Shown here in pieces: positions 1 to 9,513 of a DNA stretch of 38,788 nt (its first letter is position 1; every line of letters starts with the position of its first letter). The notes below the pieces were generated by a model. The model was given only the letters and a program-made list of their open reading frames with translations. It made no database searches and was not told where the DNA came from. Both the position numbers and the translations under genes were made by a program. Location of the stretch: contig NZ_JAUSCG010000107.1 in NCBI RefSeq assembly GCF_030651615.1, forward strand, positions 1 to 38,788, written 5' to 3'. Source of the DNA: Methanocalculus sp. GTDB taxonomy: Archaea > Halobacteriota > Methanomicrobia > Methanomicrobiales > Methanocorpusculaceae.

Positions 1-2
1 AT

Positions 3-1676
3 CTATTTCCTCATCAGGAGAGGAGAATCCGTAGAACTACCTGAGCGGAGATACCGCTCAGTAAACATAGCCAGGGTCTCGATCTCATCCATCCTCTTAT
101 CATCACGGATTCGCACGAATCTCGGGAACCTGAGGGTATACCCGGATTCATAATTCGGACTCTTCTGGATCTCGGAGTATCCAACTTCAAAGATAATACC
201 TGGTTCAAAACCGACCTCTTTTCCGGATCTGCTGATGATACGATCGGAGAAGAGATCATAGAGAAGAGCAAGGGTCTCATCGTTGATCCCGGTTGCAACC
301 CGGCTCACAGGAAGGAGGCGCCCCTGATCATCCTGGCAGGCGAGGAGGAAAGAACCGAAGTAATGTGCACGCCGCCCTTCACCCCATTCTCCCCCGATAA
401 CCGCAAGATCTATCGTTTCAACCTCGGGTTTACACTTCACCCAGTGTCTCCCCCTGTTTCCTGGAATATAGGGAGAGTCCGGAACCTTCAGCATGATACC
501 TTCATGCCCGGCATCCAATGCAGAATAATAGAAATCTTCCAATTCTCTGGGATCAGCGGATCTTATCTGTGGTGCGATGCAGCCGGTCAACGCCGCTTCA
601 AGATGGTGCCTCCGTTTCGTGAGCGGAAGATCGATTAAACTCTCACCATCCCGATAGAGGATATCGAAGACATAAGGTATCATCCGGATCTGATCCGCAT
701 GCTCTGCCACATCATGCTTCCTCCGTATCCGTCGGAGAACCGTCTGGAATGGCATGGGACGCCCGTCTTCAATAGCGATCACCTCACCATCCAGGATGAC
801 GTCCCCGGAGATGACCTTTCGGAGTTGTTCAGCGATATCAGGAAGGGCAGTAGTGAGGTCTTCGAGCCTGCGGGAGTAGATTGCCACACGATCACCTGAC
901 AGATGGCACTGAAACCTGCTCCCATCGTATTTGTACTCTGCACAGACCAGACGGGAGCCTTCAGTCATATCCTGAATGGAACCTGCCTGGGCAAGCATCA
1001 TCTTCACCGGTCTGAAGAGTTCGATTACGACGTCCTGCAAAGAATCCGGATCGTACTTTGCGAGCCGCGCCACCTCTCCAAGATCATTCTTCACCTGATG
1101 AGCCCGATTGATAAGATCGGGGCTGAGTGAAAAAGCCTTTGCAATCGCATCCCGGACATTCCCCTCACCGACACCAATCCGTAGTTCCTCAAGCATCAGG
1201 CGGGTGAGGTACCGCCCATCCAGTGGGGAAGCATTTTGGAAGAGGAGACGGATATTCCTCATTTTTTCTTTCTGAGACTTCACACCCCCTGTATCTGCCA
1301 TCCGTTCAAAGATGGCGTGGACATCTGCAAGTGTTAGCTCTTCAGAAGAGAAGAGATGAGACTGCTGTGTCTTTTCCAGAAGAAGGAACGCCTCAACCGC
1401 TTTTCCGGCATCACCGATCTGATTCACAAAGCTGACCAGATCACTCCGTTTTTTTCCACCGACATATGCGACAGCATCATAGAGGAGATTTGGACCAATA
1501 CCCAGGTGAACAGAACTCCAGTCCGGGAAGATCAATCCCCGTATATATCGGACAAAGATCGGGAGATCCTCCTCATCAAGCTCAGGCAGGATACCTGCAA
1601 TGAGATCGATCATCTCAAGGCGGCCGGAGAGCTGTTCGATCTTCTCGCACCAGAGGGCAAACTCAGAAAACAGCAT
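3..1676 (-). CDS. lig: ATP-dependent DNA ligase
   Basis: Motif I EYKYDG, motif III LDGEV, EGIMLK, WVKCK, and OB-fold [13 protein letters not shown]. 557 aa, archaeal ligase size, no intein. Confidence 0.97.
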   Translation of the reverse strand: MLFSEFALWCEKIEQLSGRLEMIDLIAGILPELDEEDLPIFVRYIRGLIFPDWSSVHLGIGPNLLYDAVAYVGGKKRSDLVSFVNQIGDAGKAVEAFLLLEKTQQSHLFSSEELTLADVHAIFERMADTGGVKSQKEKMRNIRLLFQNASPLDGRYLTRLMLEELRIGVGEGNVRDAIAKAFSLSPDLINRAHQVKNDLGEVARLAKYDPDSLQDVVIELFRPVKMMLAQAGSIQDMTEGSRLVCAEYKYDGSRFQCHLSGDRVAIYSRRLEDLTTALPDIAEQLRKVISGDVILDGEVIAIEDGRPMPFQTVLRRIRRKHDVAEHADQIRMIPYVFDILYRDGESLIDLPLTKRRHHLEAALTGCIAPQIRSADPRELEDFYYSALDAGHEGIMLKVPDSPYIPGNRGRHWVKCKPEVETIDLAVIGGEWGEGRRAHYFGSFLLACQDDQGRLLPVSRVATGINDETLALLYDLFSDRIISRSGKEVGFEPGIIFEVGYSEIQKSPNYESGYTLRFPRFVRIRDDKRMDEIETLAMFTERYLRSGSSTDSPLLMRK

Positions 1677-1735
1677 ACACTCAGTATATCTCTTTTCCAG
1701 GAGGGAATGAAGGTATTGTTTCGGCTCTATTCAGA

Positions 1736-2887
1736 TCAGAAGAAGTCCGCAAAGGTTCTTTGAACCCTGATATCTCTGATGAGATCGGATTTTGGAAGCC
1801 AGAAAGATGAACCAAGGAGAGCTGTAACCAGTGTTTCAGCAGATCCGAGATCTTCACATGATACACCCGGAGATCTCATAGCAGCGCGTGTCGCCTCCCG
1901 TATAACCCACGTACCAAGAGGCGCCCAGTAATCTCCCGAGATATCACGAATCACAACCGCCCGTGCAGACCGTCCTCTGGCAATGAGATCTTCAAGGACA
2001 GCAAGGCGTGCAGAATAGTACGCACCGGCGATAGGGGAATATCCCTGCTTCTTCCTACCTTCAGAGTCGACAACCACCACATCATCAGCACCGCCGAAGA
2101 GAGATTGCTTCTGCCACCGCTCGATCATCTCGAATCTGAAGTCAGATGAAGGTACAAGGATAACAACAATCCTGTTCCCATGCAAGAGTGCTGAGTGAAC
2201 AGTCACTCCCTGAAGTGGTGAAGATCGCTCAACCTGTTTTCTGAGATTGAGAGAGACCATATCATCAACAGCAGTGATCGCCCAGCGGGTCGGGACAAAG
2301 CGCCTCTTTGACCCAAGAAGTCCTGCTGTGAGGAGACCACTCACCCGATAAACATCAATACCTCCTTTAAAAAGAGCAGATACTGCCTCTGTTGCCCGTA
2401 CATCCGTATCTGAGGTGTATCGATCAACGATCGGCTCAACCACGGCGTTATCGAGGATATCAACTTTTGAGAGTGTCCCCTGAAGACCTATGGGGGCTAC
2501 AGTTCCATCAAAGGAGAGATCAAAGCGGACCGGTTTTTCAAACCGTGCCTCAACATCAAGTGGCTTCTTAGAAAGGGCCACCTCCTGTGCTTTTTCAAGA
2601 ATAGACGCAACCGGCTGAGATCCCCTGATTGTACGTGAGCGGATAGAGACTATATCGTCTATCCCAAGCCCTCTGGCCACCCAGTCTGTCGGAGTATCGG
2701 AATCCCGGAGGAGGAGCGGACCTCCGACAACACGTGGGTATCCGCCGCTGCCGATGAAGATCGAAGGGGACGGACCCATGTACTCAGACACCGGTAACAG
2801 ATTCGTCTGTGCATAAAAACGCTGCATAATCGGGCATTTGGGAAGGCCGCAGAGCCCTTTCCCTTTACATTCGGCACACCGTATCAC
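1736..2887 (-). CDS. nre: Nre-family PCNA-interacting DNA repair protein
   Basis: N-terminal CxxCxGxxLCGxxxCP, GPSPS, VPTRWAITAVDD, YYSARLA, PLGTWVIRE, and C-terminal PIP box QRTFADFF. GTG start overlaps the upstream stop. Confidence 0.92.
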   Translation of the reverse strand: MIRCAECKGKGLCGLPKCPIMQRFYAQTNLLPVSEYMGPSPSIFIGSGGYPRVVGGPLLLRDSDTPTDWVARGLGIDDIVSIRSRTIRGSQPVASILEKAQEVALSKKPLDVEARFEKPVRFDLSFDGTVAPIGLQGTLSKVDILDNAVVEPIVDRYTSDTDVRATEAVSALFKGGIDVYRVSGLLTAGLLGSKRRFVPTRWAITAVDDMVSLNLRKQVERSSPLQGVTVHSALLHGNRIVVILVPSSDFRFEMIERWQKQSLFGGADDVVVVDSEGRKKQGYSPIAGAYYSARLAVLEDLIARGRSARAVVIRDISGDYWAPLGTWVIREATRAAMRSPGVSCEDLGSAETLVTALLGSSFWLPKSDLIRDIRVQRTFADFF

Positions 2888-3915
2888 CGGTTATCCCTCA
2901 CCACACGGATGCAGTCTGAGAACTGATGTAGAAGAGACGAGACGAATGTATCCCAGCTGATGTCATCCTGATCCGGAACTGACGCCGCAATTTCACGGCC
3001 GATCAGATCATCAGTTCCGGACGTGACAATGGTGATCACAGAACCCGGCGCATATGCTTCCGGTATGATGCCATCTGCATCTCCATCGGTTATGCCAAAG
3101 ATCGGGACGCCTGCAACAGCCCCGATATGACCACATACAGCGGTTGTATCATCCCCGATTGTAATAATTCCACAGATTTCGGGGGTGATGATCCGGTACG
3201 TATCGATGGCGGTATGATCGATGACCGCAACCCTTCCACAACGCGGAGCCAGCCTGACCAGATTATGAGGGACAATGGATCTGACCATACCACTTTTGCA
3301 CCATGCACGATCAAGCGGCGGACAGCCGAGTGCCTGTAGCTTCTCGATTCCATGGGGCTTCAGGGTGATCCCCCGTATCGGAACAAGTCTTCCATCCACA
3401 ACCGAGATGACCGCCTCTTCTGCTGTAGCATACCCGATTGTTATCCCTTCAACCATGACCGGCTCTCCCGGGAGACATCCGCATATCAAACGGATCTCCT
3501 GTCCGTCACCCTGAGTTGATTGCAGCTCAATTATCCGATACCCTGTTCTATCTGAAATAAAGTCGGCTAGTTCCCGATCACCATCATTCCAGAGGTAGCA
3601 GATCCCGTCTGAGCATTCGATATGGACGAGACCACCGCTGATACGTGAGGCAACGATATCACCAAACCGTCTTCCCGAAACAGGAGTCTTCCCGCGGTTG
3701 ACGAGGGCAACATCCCCTTCAATGCGATTCATGACAAGAGATGGGGGGGTATTCGCATAGGTTACCGGCAGGCCGCTCTGTGCTGCGGCAGTCCTCCCCA
3801 TCACTCCTGCAACAACAAGATTCACGGGATTGAGCAGATGAGTGATCCGATCTGCATCCCCTTCGTCAAAGACGGCAGGGCCGTGGAATATGCAGGTGAG
3901 AGATCGGGAGTACAT
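2884..3915 (-). CDS. DUF2117-family methanogen conserved protein
   Basis: N-terminal HGPxVFDxG, GVMGRTA, N(R)GKT, TIGDDTT and GITDGD motifs recalled for DUF2117. 4-nt overlap with nre. Confidence 0.75.
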   Translation of the reverse strand: MYSRSLTCIFHGPAVFDEGDADRITHLLNPVNLVVAGVMGRTAAAQSGLPVTYANTPPSLVMNRIEGDVALVNRGKTPVSGRRFGDIVASRISGGLVHIECSDGICYLWNDGDRELADFISDRTGYRIIELQSTQGDGQEIRLICGCLPGEPVMVEGITIGYATAEEAVISVVDGRLVPIRGITLKPHGIEKLQALGCPPLDRAWCKSGMVRSIVPHNLVRLAPRCGRVAVIDHTAIDTYRIITPEICGIITIGDDTTAVCGHIGAVAGVPIFGITDGDADGIIPEAYAPGSVITIVTSGTDDLIGREIAASVPDQDDISWDTFVSSLLHQFSDCIRVVRDNR

Positions 3916-3972
3916 CAGGTACTATTTCATTTATTGGCAGATAGCACCTTTGATTGGTATTACCTGATTAGT

Positions 3973-3987
3973 AAAAAGTATTATTAG
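3973..3987 (+). promoter_or_regulatory. Probable BRE/TATA promoter for the Fe-ADH/kinase operon or a small RNA
   Basis: AAAAAG followed by TATTATTA. Expected transcription start near 4005-4010. Confidence 0.5.
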
Positions 3988-4007
3988 TAACAGAAGTACA
4001 CACTAAT

Positions 4008-4200
4008 ATGTCCCATCGGGGCACACCATCCAGACCGGGCGCGTCAATTATTTGGCACGTTCCACACCTTAGCACCGGATCTGGAAGCCACCCCTTCATA
4101 CAGGCGGCAACCAGATCCACTGATCTCTTATCGTACGCACCCGGCAATGGAAAATCCCACAGGATACATACTGCACATATCCCACACCGTCTCTTTTATT
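4008..4200. ncRNA. Candidate structured RNA (5' leader or sRNA)
   Basis: Nested stems read by eye: 4035-4044/4135-4144 (9 of 10 pairs), 4077-4084/4111-4118 (8 of 8), 4087-4092/4103-4108 (5 of 6), 4029-4032/4148-4151. Ends in a T-rich tract near 4190-4200. Confidence 0.4.
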
Positions 4201-4237
4201 GGCATCTACTGTAAGTAGGTATCATGAGGTGTTGCTG

Positions 4238-5392
4238 ATGTCATCCCTTACACTCAGGAAGTTTGTGATGCCCGAGGTGGTCTTTGGAGAAGGGGCACGC
4301 AGACAGGCTGTTCAGTATCTAGATAATCTGGGAGTAAATCACGCTCTTCTGGTAACCGATCCGGGGGTCATTGCATCGGGGTGGATAGCCGAAATTGCTG
4401 CTGCCTCTGAGGCTGAGGGGATAGCAGTCTCGATCTTCAGCAAGATCTCTGAAAACCCACGGACCAATGAGGTGGAGTCAGGAGCACAGGTATATCGAAG
4501 AAACGATTGTAATGGCATCCTCGCCATCGGAGGAGGCAGTTCGATGGACTGTGCAAAGGGGATTGCCATACTATCCACAAATGGCGGGGAGATCCGGAAT
4601 TATGAAGGGGTTGACCAGATTCCCCATATGGGACCTCCGCTCATCTGTATCCCGACAACTGCTGGAAGTTCCGCTGACATCTCACAATTTGCCGTTATTA
4701 CTGATCGGAATAAAAAGAAGAAGTTTGGTATCATCAGTAAAACGATTATACCGGACGTCTCTCTCGTCGATCCGGATATGTTATCTACACTGCCCCGATC
4801 ATACATTGCATACTGTGGTTTTGATGCCCTTACACATGCAATTGAGGCATACGTATCAACCGGCAGTTCCCATCTCACTGACCTCCATGCTCTGGAGGCG
4901 ATACGTCTGATTAAAGATGCTCTCCCCCGTGTATACAAGAATAAAGACGATGCAGAAGGCACCCGGTTTATGGCTCTTGGAAGCCTTCATGCGGGTATTG
5001 CCTTCTCAAATGCCAGTCTTGGTCTGGTACATGCGATGGCCCATCCACTCAGTGGGGTTTACGATCTGCTACACGGTGAGATGAACTCCCTGCTCCTGCC
5101 ACATATTATTCGGTATAACTTTGAATCATCCAGATCACGATATGAGCAGATAGCCATGACACTGGGAGTACCTGAAGACGAAATTTCCCGTGAGGGGGTT
5201 GAAGCTCTTATCAATGTGCTTGGGGAGATTGCCGAAGATGTCGGGATCACCGGAACCCTCAGCGATCGTGGTGTGATGAAGCGGGATATCCCGACTCTTG
5301 CTGACTTTGCGGTTGTTGATGGCTGTATCGTAACAAACCCACGATTACCGACATGGGAGGAGGTTACACAAATCTATGAGAAGGCGCTCTGA
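4238..5392 (+). CDS. Iron-containing alcohol dehydrogenase, ErcA-like regulatory subfamily
   Basis: GGGSSMD, PTTAGSSAD, DALTHAIE, HAMAH and LHGE motifs. The N-terminus LRKFVxPExxFG and C-terminus IYEKAL resemble ErcA. ATG at 4238 follows the SD GAGGTG. Confidence 0.88.
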   Translation: MSSLTLRKFVMPEVVFGEGARRQAVQYLDNLGVNHALLVTDPGVIASGWIAEIAAASEAEGIAVSIFSKISENPRTNEVESGAQVYRRNDCNGILAIGGGSSMDCAKGIAILSTNGGEIRNYEGVDQIPHMGPPLICIPTTAGSSADISQFAVITDRNKKKKFGIISKTIIPDVSLVDPDMLSTLPRSYIAYCGFDALTHAIEAYVSTGSSHLTDLHALEAIRLIKDALPRVYKNKDDAEGTRFMALGSLHAGIAFSNASLGLVHAMAHPLSGVYDLLHGEMNSLLLPHIIRYNFESSRSRYEQIAMTLGVPEDEISREGVEALINVLGEIAEDVGITGTLSDRGVMKRDIPTLADFAVVDGCIVTNPRLPTWEEVTQIYEKAL

Positions 5393-7076
5393 AATTTCAA
5401 ATGATGAACAGTCTGCATTACGGGAGAGGATTCTTGGGTTTGGAGAAGCCTCATTTCGCAAGAGTTACTACCCTGAGCTCCGCGTCCGTCTTCTTGAGCT
5501 TGAGCGGTTCCGGTTCACCCTTGACCAGATCAATGTCGGCATTATGATCCTCGATAGCCGGGATGGAACCATCGTCGATCTCAATGAAGAGACCTGCACC
5601 ATCCTGGGAGGGAGACGGGAGGAGCTCATCGGAGCGAAATTTCAGAACTCCTCTGAGGTTACAGCTCGTATGTACGAGAAGATGAGAAGAGGAGAGGAGG
5701 AGGTGGCGATCTATGAAGAGATCCATCAATCAACCGGATCACCCTACTCAGTCGAAATCACCACCCATCAGGCAACCTTCGGAGGAGAAGAGTACCAGAT
5801 TGTGATCATTCGCGACATCACGTCACAGAGATCGGCCGAACAGGCTCTGATCCGGACACGTGATCTCTTTGAGGCGATCATCAGAATCAGTCATATGCAG
5901 GATGCATCAGAGAAGAGCATCCTGTCTTCAGCACTTATGATCGCTGTATCGATCACACAGAGCAGCGGCGGAATGTGTGGAGTCATATCCCCGGATAAAC
6001 GGCTCTTCACCATTTATTACTATCAGAATGGGGGAGAAGTGGCTTATACAATCTCCCCTTTTGGGAAGAACGGCCCCTGGGAGTCGATCATCAGAGGTGA
6101 TGAGTGGATCGGGCAGCCTATCGGGAAGAGGTTGGATCTCCCGATAATGGAAGGGGATCAGATCGTTGCGATCATCACCCTGACAGAAAAAAAAGGCAGA
6201 TATACTGATCTTGATATCCGGCAGATCACCTATCTGGGAAATGCACTCTGGCAGATCATCCTCCGTCATAGGGCAGAGGATGGACTCCTCCGGTTGAATG
6301 AAGAGCTTGAGGGGAGGGTCGAGCGGAGGACACGGGAGCTTGAAGCGGCGAACCGTGAACTCGAAGCCTTCACCTATTCGGTCTCCCATGATCTCAGAAC
6401 CCCGCTCAGAGCAGTCGATGGCTTCTCTCTTGCACTTATGGAGGATTTTGGAGAGACACTCCCTGCTGAGGCAGAGCAGTATCTGAAACGGATTCGCCTC
6501 GCATCACAGCGGATGGGAGATCTCATCGATGATCTTCTTCTTCTCTCCCGAATCAGCAGGACCGAGCTCAGTCGCGGGACATTCTCACTCTCTGATCTTG
6601 CTATGGAGGTGGTCGCTGAGATCGAACTGAATAACCCCGGAAGGAGTGTTGCCATCACCATTGAAGAAAACATGGTTGTTTCTGCTGACCGAAGGATGAT
6701 CCGGATCGTTCTTGAGAATCTCTTTGGAAACGCATGGAAATTTACTCTCAAGAAAGAGAAGGCGGATATCACCTTCAGATCACGGAGTGACGGGATCACA
6801 ACCACCTACATCATCTCAGATAACGGTGCTGGCTTTGATATGACCTATGCCAGAAAACTCTTCATCCCTTTCTCCCGACTCCATACGAGCGAAGAGTTTT
6901 CGGGAACCGGGATCGGCCTTGCCACAGTCTCCCGTATCATCCAGAAGCATGGCGGTTCAATCAGAGCCGAAGGGGTGCCCGGCATGGGTGCAACCTTTTA
7001 TTTCACTCTGGGCTCAAACAGAAAGTACCCCGAGGAGAGGACCCGTGATGACGAAAGGAACAATCCTGCTTGTTGA
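5376..7076 (+). CDS. PAS/GAF sensor histidine kinase with ErcS-like N-terminal motif
   Basis: N-terminal LGFGEASFRKSYYPEL, then PAS (IIRDIT), a GAF-like region, H-box SHDLRTPL, N-box ENLFGNAWKF, and DNGAGF and GTGIGL boxes. Overlaps the ADH gene by 17 nt. Confidence 0.92.
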   Translation: MRRRSEISNDEQSALRERILGFGEASFRKSYYPELRVRLLELERFRFTLDQINVGIMILDSRDGTIVDLNEETCTILGGRREELIGAKFQNSSEVTARMYEKMRRGEEEVAIYEEIHQSTGSPYSVEITTHQATFGGEEYQIVIIRDITSQRSAEQALIRTRDLFEAIIRISHMQDASEKSILSSALMIAVSITQSSGGMCGVISPDKRLFTIYYYQNGGEVAYTISPFGKNGPWESIIRGDEWIGQPIGKRLDLPIMEGDQIVAIITLTEKKGRYTDLDIRQITYLGNALWQIILRHRAEDGLLRLNEELEGRVERRTRELEAANRELEAFTYSVSHDLRTPLRAVDGFSLALMEDFGETLPAEAEQYLKRIRLASQRMGDLIDDLLLLSRISRTELSRGTFSLSDLAMEVVAEIELNNPGRSVAITIEENMVVSADRRMIRIVLENLFGNAWKFTLKKEKADITFRSRSDGITTTYIISDNGAGFDMTYARKLFIPFSRLHTSEEFSGTGIGLATVSRIIQKHGGSIRAEGVPGMGATFYFTLGSNRKYPEERTRDDERNNPAC

Positions 7077-7488
7077 AGATAACCGTGACGACGAGCTCTT
7101 AACACTCAGAGCTTTTTCGAAGAACAGGATTGCCAATCCGATCGCAGTCGTCCGCGATGGTGAGGAGGCACTTGATTACCTCTTCGCCAGAGGCTCATTT
7201 GCAGAGAGAGATACACAGGACCAGCCAACCATCATCCTCCTCGATCTGAAACTACCAAAACTGAATGGCCATGAGGTACTGAAGGCGATCAGAGAGGAGG
7301 AGACGACAAAACTGATTCCGGTGATCATCCTGACAACCTCGCTTGAAGATGAAGATGTCATCAGGAGCTATGAGCTTGGAGCAAACAGCTACATCCGAAA
7401 GCCGGTCGATTTTTCAGAGTTTGTCTCGGCGGTACAGATGCTTGGAACATACTGGCTCCTCCTGAATAAGAGCCCGCAGTCAAGGTGA
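7048..7488 (+). CDS. Single-domain response regulator (Rcp1/CheY-like)
   Basis: ILLVEDN, LLDLKLP (phospho-Asp), LTTS and YIRKP motifs. ATG at 7048 follows GAGGAGAGG; the longer ORF from 6847 is an over-extension. Confidence 0.92.
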   Translation: MTKGTILLVEDNRDDELLTLRAFSKNRIANPIAVVRDGEEALDYLFARGSFAERDTQDQPTIILLDLKLPKLNGHEVLKAIREEETTKLIPVIILTTSLEDEDVIRSYELGANSYIRKPVDFSEFVSAVQMLGTYWLLLNKSPQSR

Positions 7489-7492
7489 TATC

Positions 7493-8509
7493 ATGATGGA
7501 TCGGATGCTTCGGGTACTTATCGCTGAAGATACAGAGGATGATGCACTCCTCCTTATCCGTGCACTCAGACAGGGGGGATTCACCCCGGATGCAACAAGG
7601 ATATGGACAGAAGAAGGGTTGCGTTCAGCTCTTGAAGGTTCAGCATGGGACATAATCCTTTCAGATTACCATATGCCGGGTTTTGGAGGTGATCGGGTGA
7701 TCGACATCACCCGGGAGAAGGGGTTTGATACACCGATCATCATCGTATCCGGCGCCATCGGGGAGGAGGCGGCGGTCTCCCTGATGAAGTGCGGTGCGGA
7801 TGACTATGTGATGAAAGACAACCTCGTCCGCCTTAGCACCTCGGTGAGTCGTGCATTGAAAGAGGCTGAGGACCGGGTGGAGAGGAGAAGAGCTGAAGAA
7901 GCACTTCTGGACTCCGAGGAGCGGTACAGAAGCCTTGTGCAACAGATATCAGAGGGTATCCTCATCATCAATGGAGAGACCGGAGAGATCATCGAATCGA
8001 ATGAGAAGATATGTGATATTCTGAGGTACACAGACGAAGAACTTCACTCAATGACCATTGAAGAGATCGGCGGGGGATTGCTCCTCCAGAAGAGGGGGAG
8101 GGCCATTGAAGAAGTATTCGAACGAAGGGACGGTCAAACCATCGACCTTGAGATAAGCATCAACCCAATCTCAATCAAAGGATACAAAAAGGTGGTCTGT
8201 GCAGTCATCCGTGATATCACCGAACAGAAAGAGCTTGAACGGGATCAGGTGAAGGCATTCCTCCAGATCGATAAGAACATTGAACAGTTTGCCATACTTG
8301 CCGACCATATCAGAAACCCACTCCAGGTTATTATGGGGTATTCGCTCCTCTCCGAAGATCCAACAGCTCAGGAGATCCTTCAGCAGGTAGACCGGATCAA
8401 CGACATTATCAAACGCCTCGACCACGGATGGATCGATTCGGAGAATGTGAGGCGGTTCCTCAGGAGAAATTATGGGATCGGTGATGAGTCCCCCGGCCTT
8501 AATCAATGA
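7493..8509 (+). CDS. Receiver-PAS protein with C-terminal HisKA-like helix pair (no HATPase)
   Basis: REC domain (LIAEDT, LSDYHMP, YVMK), PAS ending VIRDIT, then DHIRNPLQVI. The protein ends about 65 aa later with no ATP-binding domain. Confidence 0.85.
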   Translation: MMDRMLRVLIAEDTEDDALLLIRALRQGGFTPDATRIWTEEGLRSALEGSAWDIILSDYHMPGFGGDRVIDITREKGFDTPIIIVSGAIGEEAAVSLMKCGADDYVMKDNLVRLSTSVSRALKEAEDRVERRRAEEALLDSEERYRSLVQQISEGILIINGETGEIIESNEKICDILRYTDEELHSMTIEEIGGGLLLQKRGRAIEEVFERRDGQTIDLEISINPISIKGYKKVVCAVIRDITEQKELERDQVKAFLQIDKNIEQFAILADHIRNPLQVIMGYSLLSEDPTAQEILQQVDRINDIIKRLDHGWIDSENVRRFLRRNYGIGDESPGLNQ

Positions 8510-8611
8510 AGAAGCAACCGACCTATCATATCTTTGCGCCTTAGCGTGAGCATCGATATACATCATAGGAGATGGAGTTTCATGCAGAGAGGCTGTCCTC
8601 ATACACCACCA

Positions 8612-9064
8612 TCATTCTCCTGATGGAGGAGATCTGGAGAGGGTATACCCACGCCTCTCGATCGCTCGATCGATGATCTGAGAAGATGAACAGAGTTCAC
8701 AATCCATATACTGGCCGATCCGAATGACCGGAATATCGATCCCTTCTGCTTTCAGTTCAGCCTCAAGGGTCTCCGGGGTGAACCGCTGGTTAAACCCAAT
8801 CGTGATGATATCGGGTTTGAGCTCCCGTATCGGCCGGAATTTGTCAACGAGATCACCAAGGACCGCATGATCGACCGGTTTTAGACCAAGCACCATCGCA
8901 AGCCGCTGCGCTTCGGGGATGATCGGTTGCGGCTTATGCCTGACATTATGCTCACGGGCAACGATCACATAGAGTTCATCACCGAGTGCTTTTGATCCGG
9001 CCAGATAGAAAAGGTGACCGGGATGGATGATATCAAAAGTACCAGTGGCAACGACTCTCGTCAT
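8612..9064 (-). CDS. ribL: Archaeal FAD synthase (cytidylyltransferase family)
   Basis: ATGTFDIIHPGH (HxGH), PDIITIGFNQ, and C-terminal CxxCSSS. Confidence 0.88.
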   Translation of the reverse strand: MTRVVATGTFDIIHPGHLFYLAGSKALGDELYVIVAREHNVRHKPQPIIPEAQRLAMVLGLKPVDHAVLGDLVDKFRPIRELKPDIITIGFNQRFTPETLEAELKAEGIDIPVIRIGQYMDCELCSSSQIIDRAIERRGYTLSRSPPSGE

Positions 9065-9453
9065 TCGACCACCTCAAGATCCCTTGGAGAACCATCACGT
9101 GAGAAAGCCAGCCAGTCACCTGATTCATAGGGATATCCGATGATCAGATGACAATCTCCAAAGCGAGGGAAGAACCCGATATCTGCATCTGATGGGTATA
9201 TCACACCGTTTGGATGGCTATGAGCACTACCTGAGAAGGTCATGCCAAGCGGGATCATATCGGTGATGATGGATGCGCTACTCTCGTCAAGTCTGGTTCC
9301 GGGGAGCAGGTTGATCCCGGATAGAATTCCATCTTCGGCTTCAAGAAGAGCAACAAACTCAAGCGGGTGCTGACTCTTTGCCATCTCAAGCAGTGTGGAG
9401 AGCGTATCGCATCTGATGGCACGGATCTTCATCTGGGTAGTATTTTCACCCAT
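9061..9453 (-). CDS. JAMM/MPN+ metalloprotease (desampylase-like)
   Basis: Catalytic Glu (HPLEF) and HSHPxxxxxPSxxD motif. The start may be 9432. Confidence 0.88.
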   Translation of the reverse strand: MGENTTQMKIRAIRCDTLSTLLEMAKSQHPLEFVALLEAEDGILSGINLLPGTRLDESSASIITDMIPLGMTFSGSAHSHPNGVIYPSDADIGFFPRFGDCHLIIGYPYESGDWLAFSRDGSPRDLEVVE

Positions 9454-9513
9454 AAGACTATGAATGCTTTGAATGAGAAGATTTCATCACCAGAAAAAAA
9501 CCACGATATACTG

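Noticed and set aside
3959-3970. 12-mer ATTACCTGATTA shared with 38193-38204, both intergenic
   Set aside because: A single AT-rich match between unrelated loci is compatible with chance. It would need a genome-wide scan to support.
4008-4214. 68-aa ORF starting at the predicted TSS
   Set aside because: Atypical His/Pro/Ser-rich composition and no recognisable family. The region is better explained as structured RNA, although a leader peptide cannot be excluded.
8510-8611. Possible hairpin between the convergent regulator and ribL genes
   Set aside because: Only short, interrupted pairings were found; not convincing without folding statistics.
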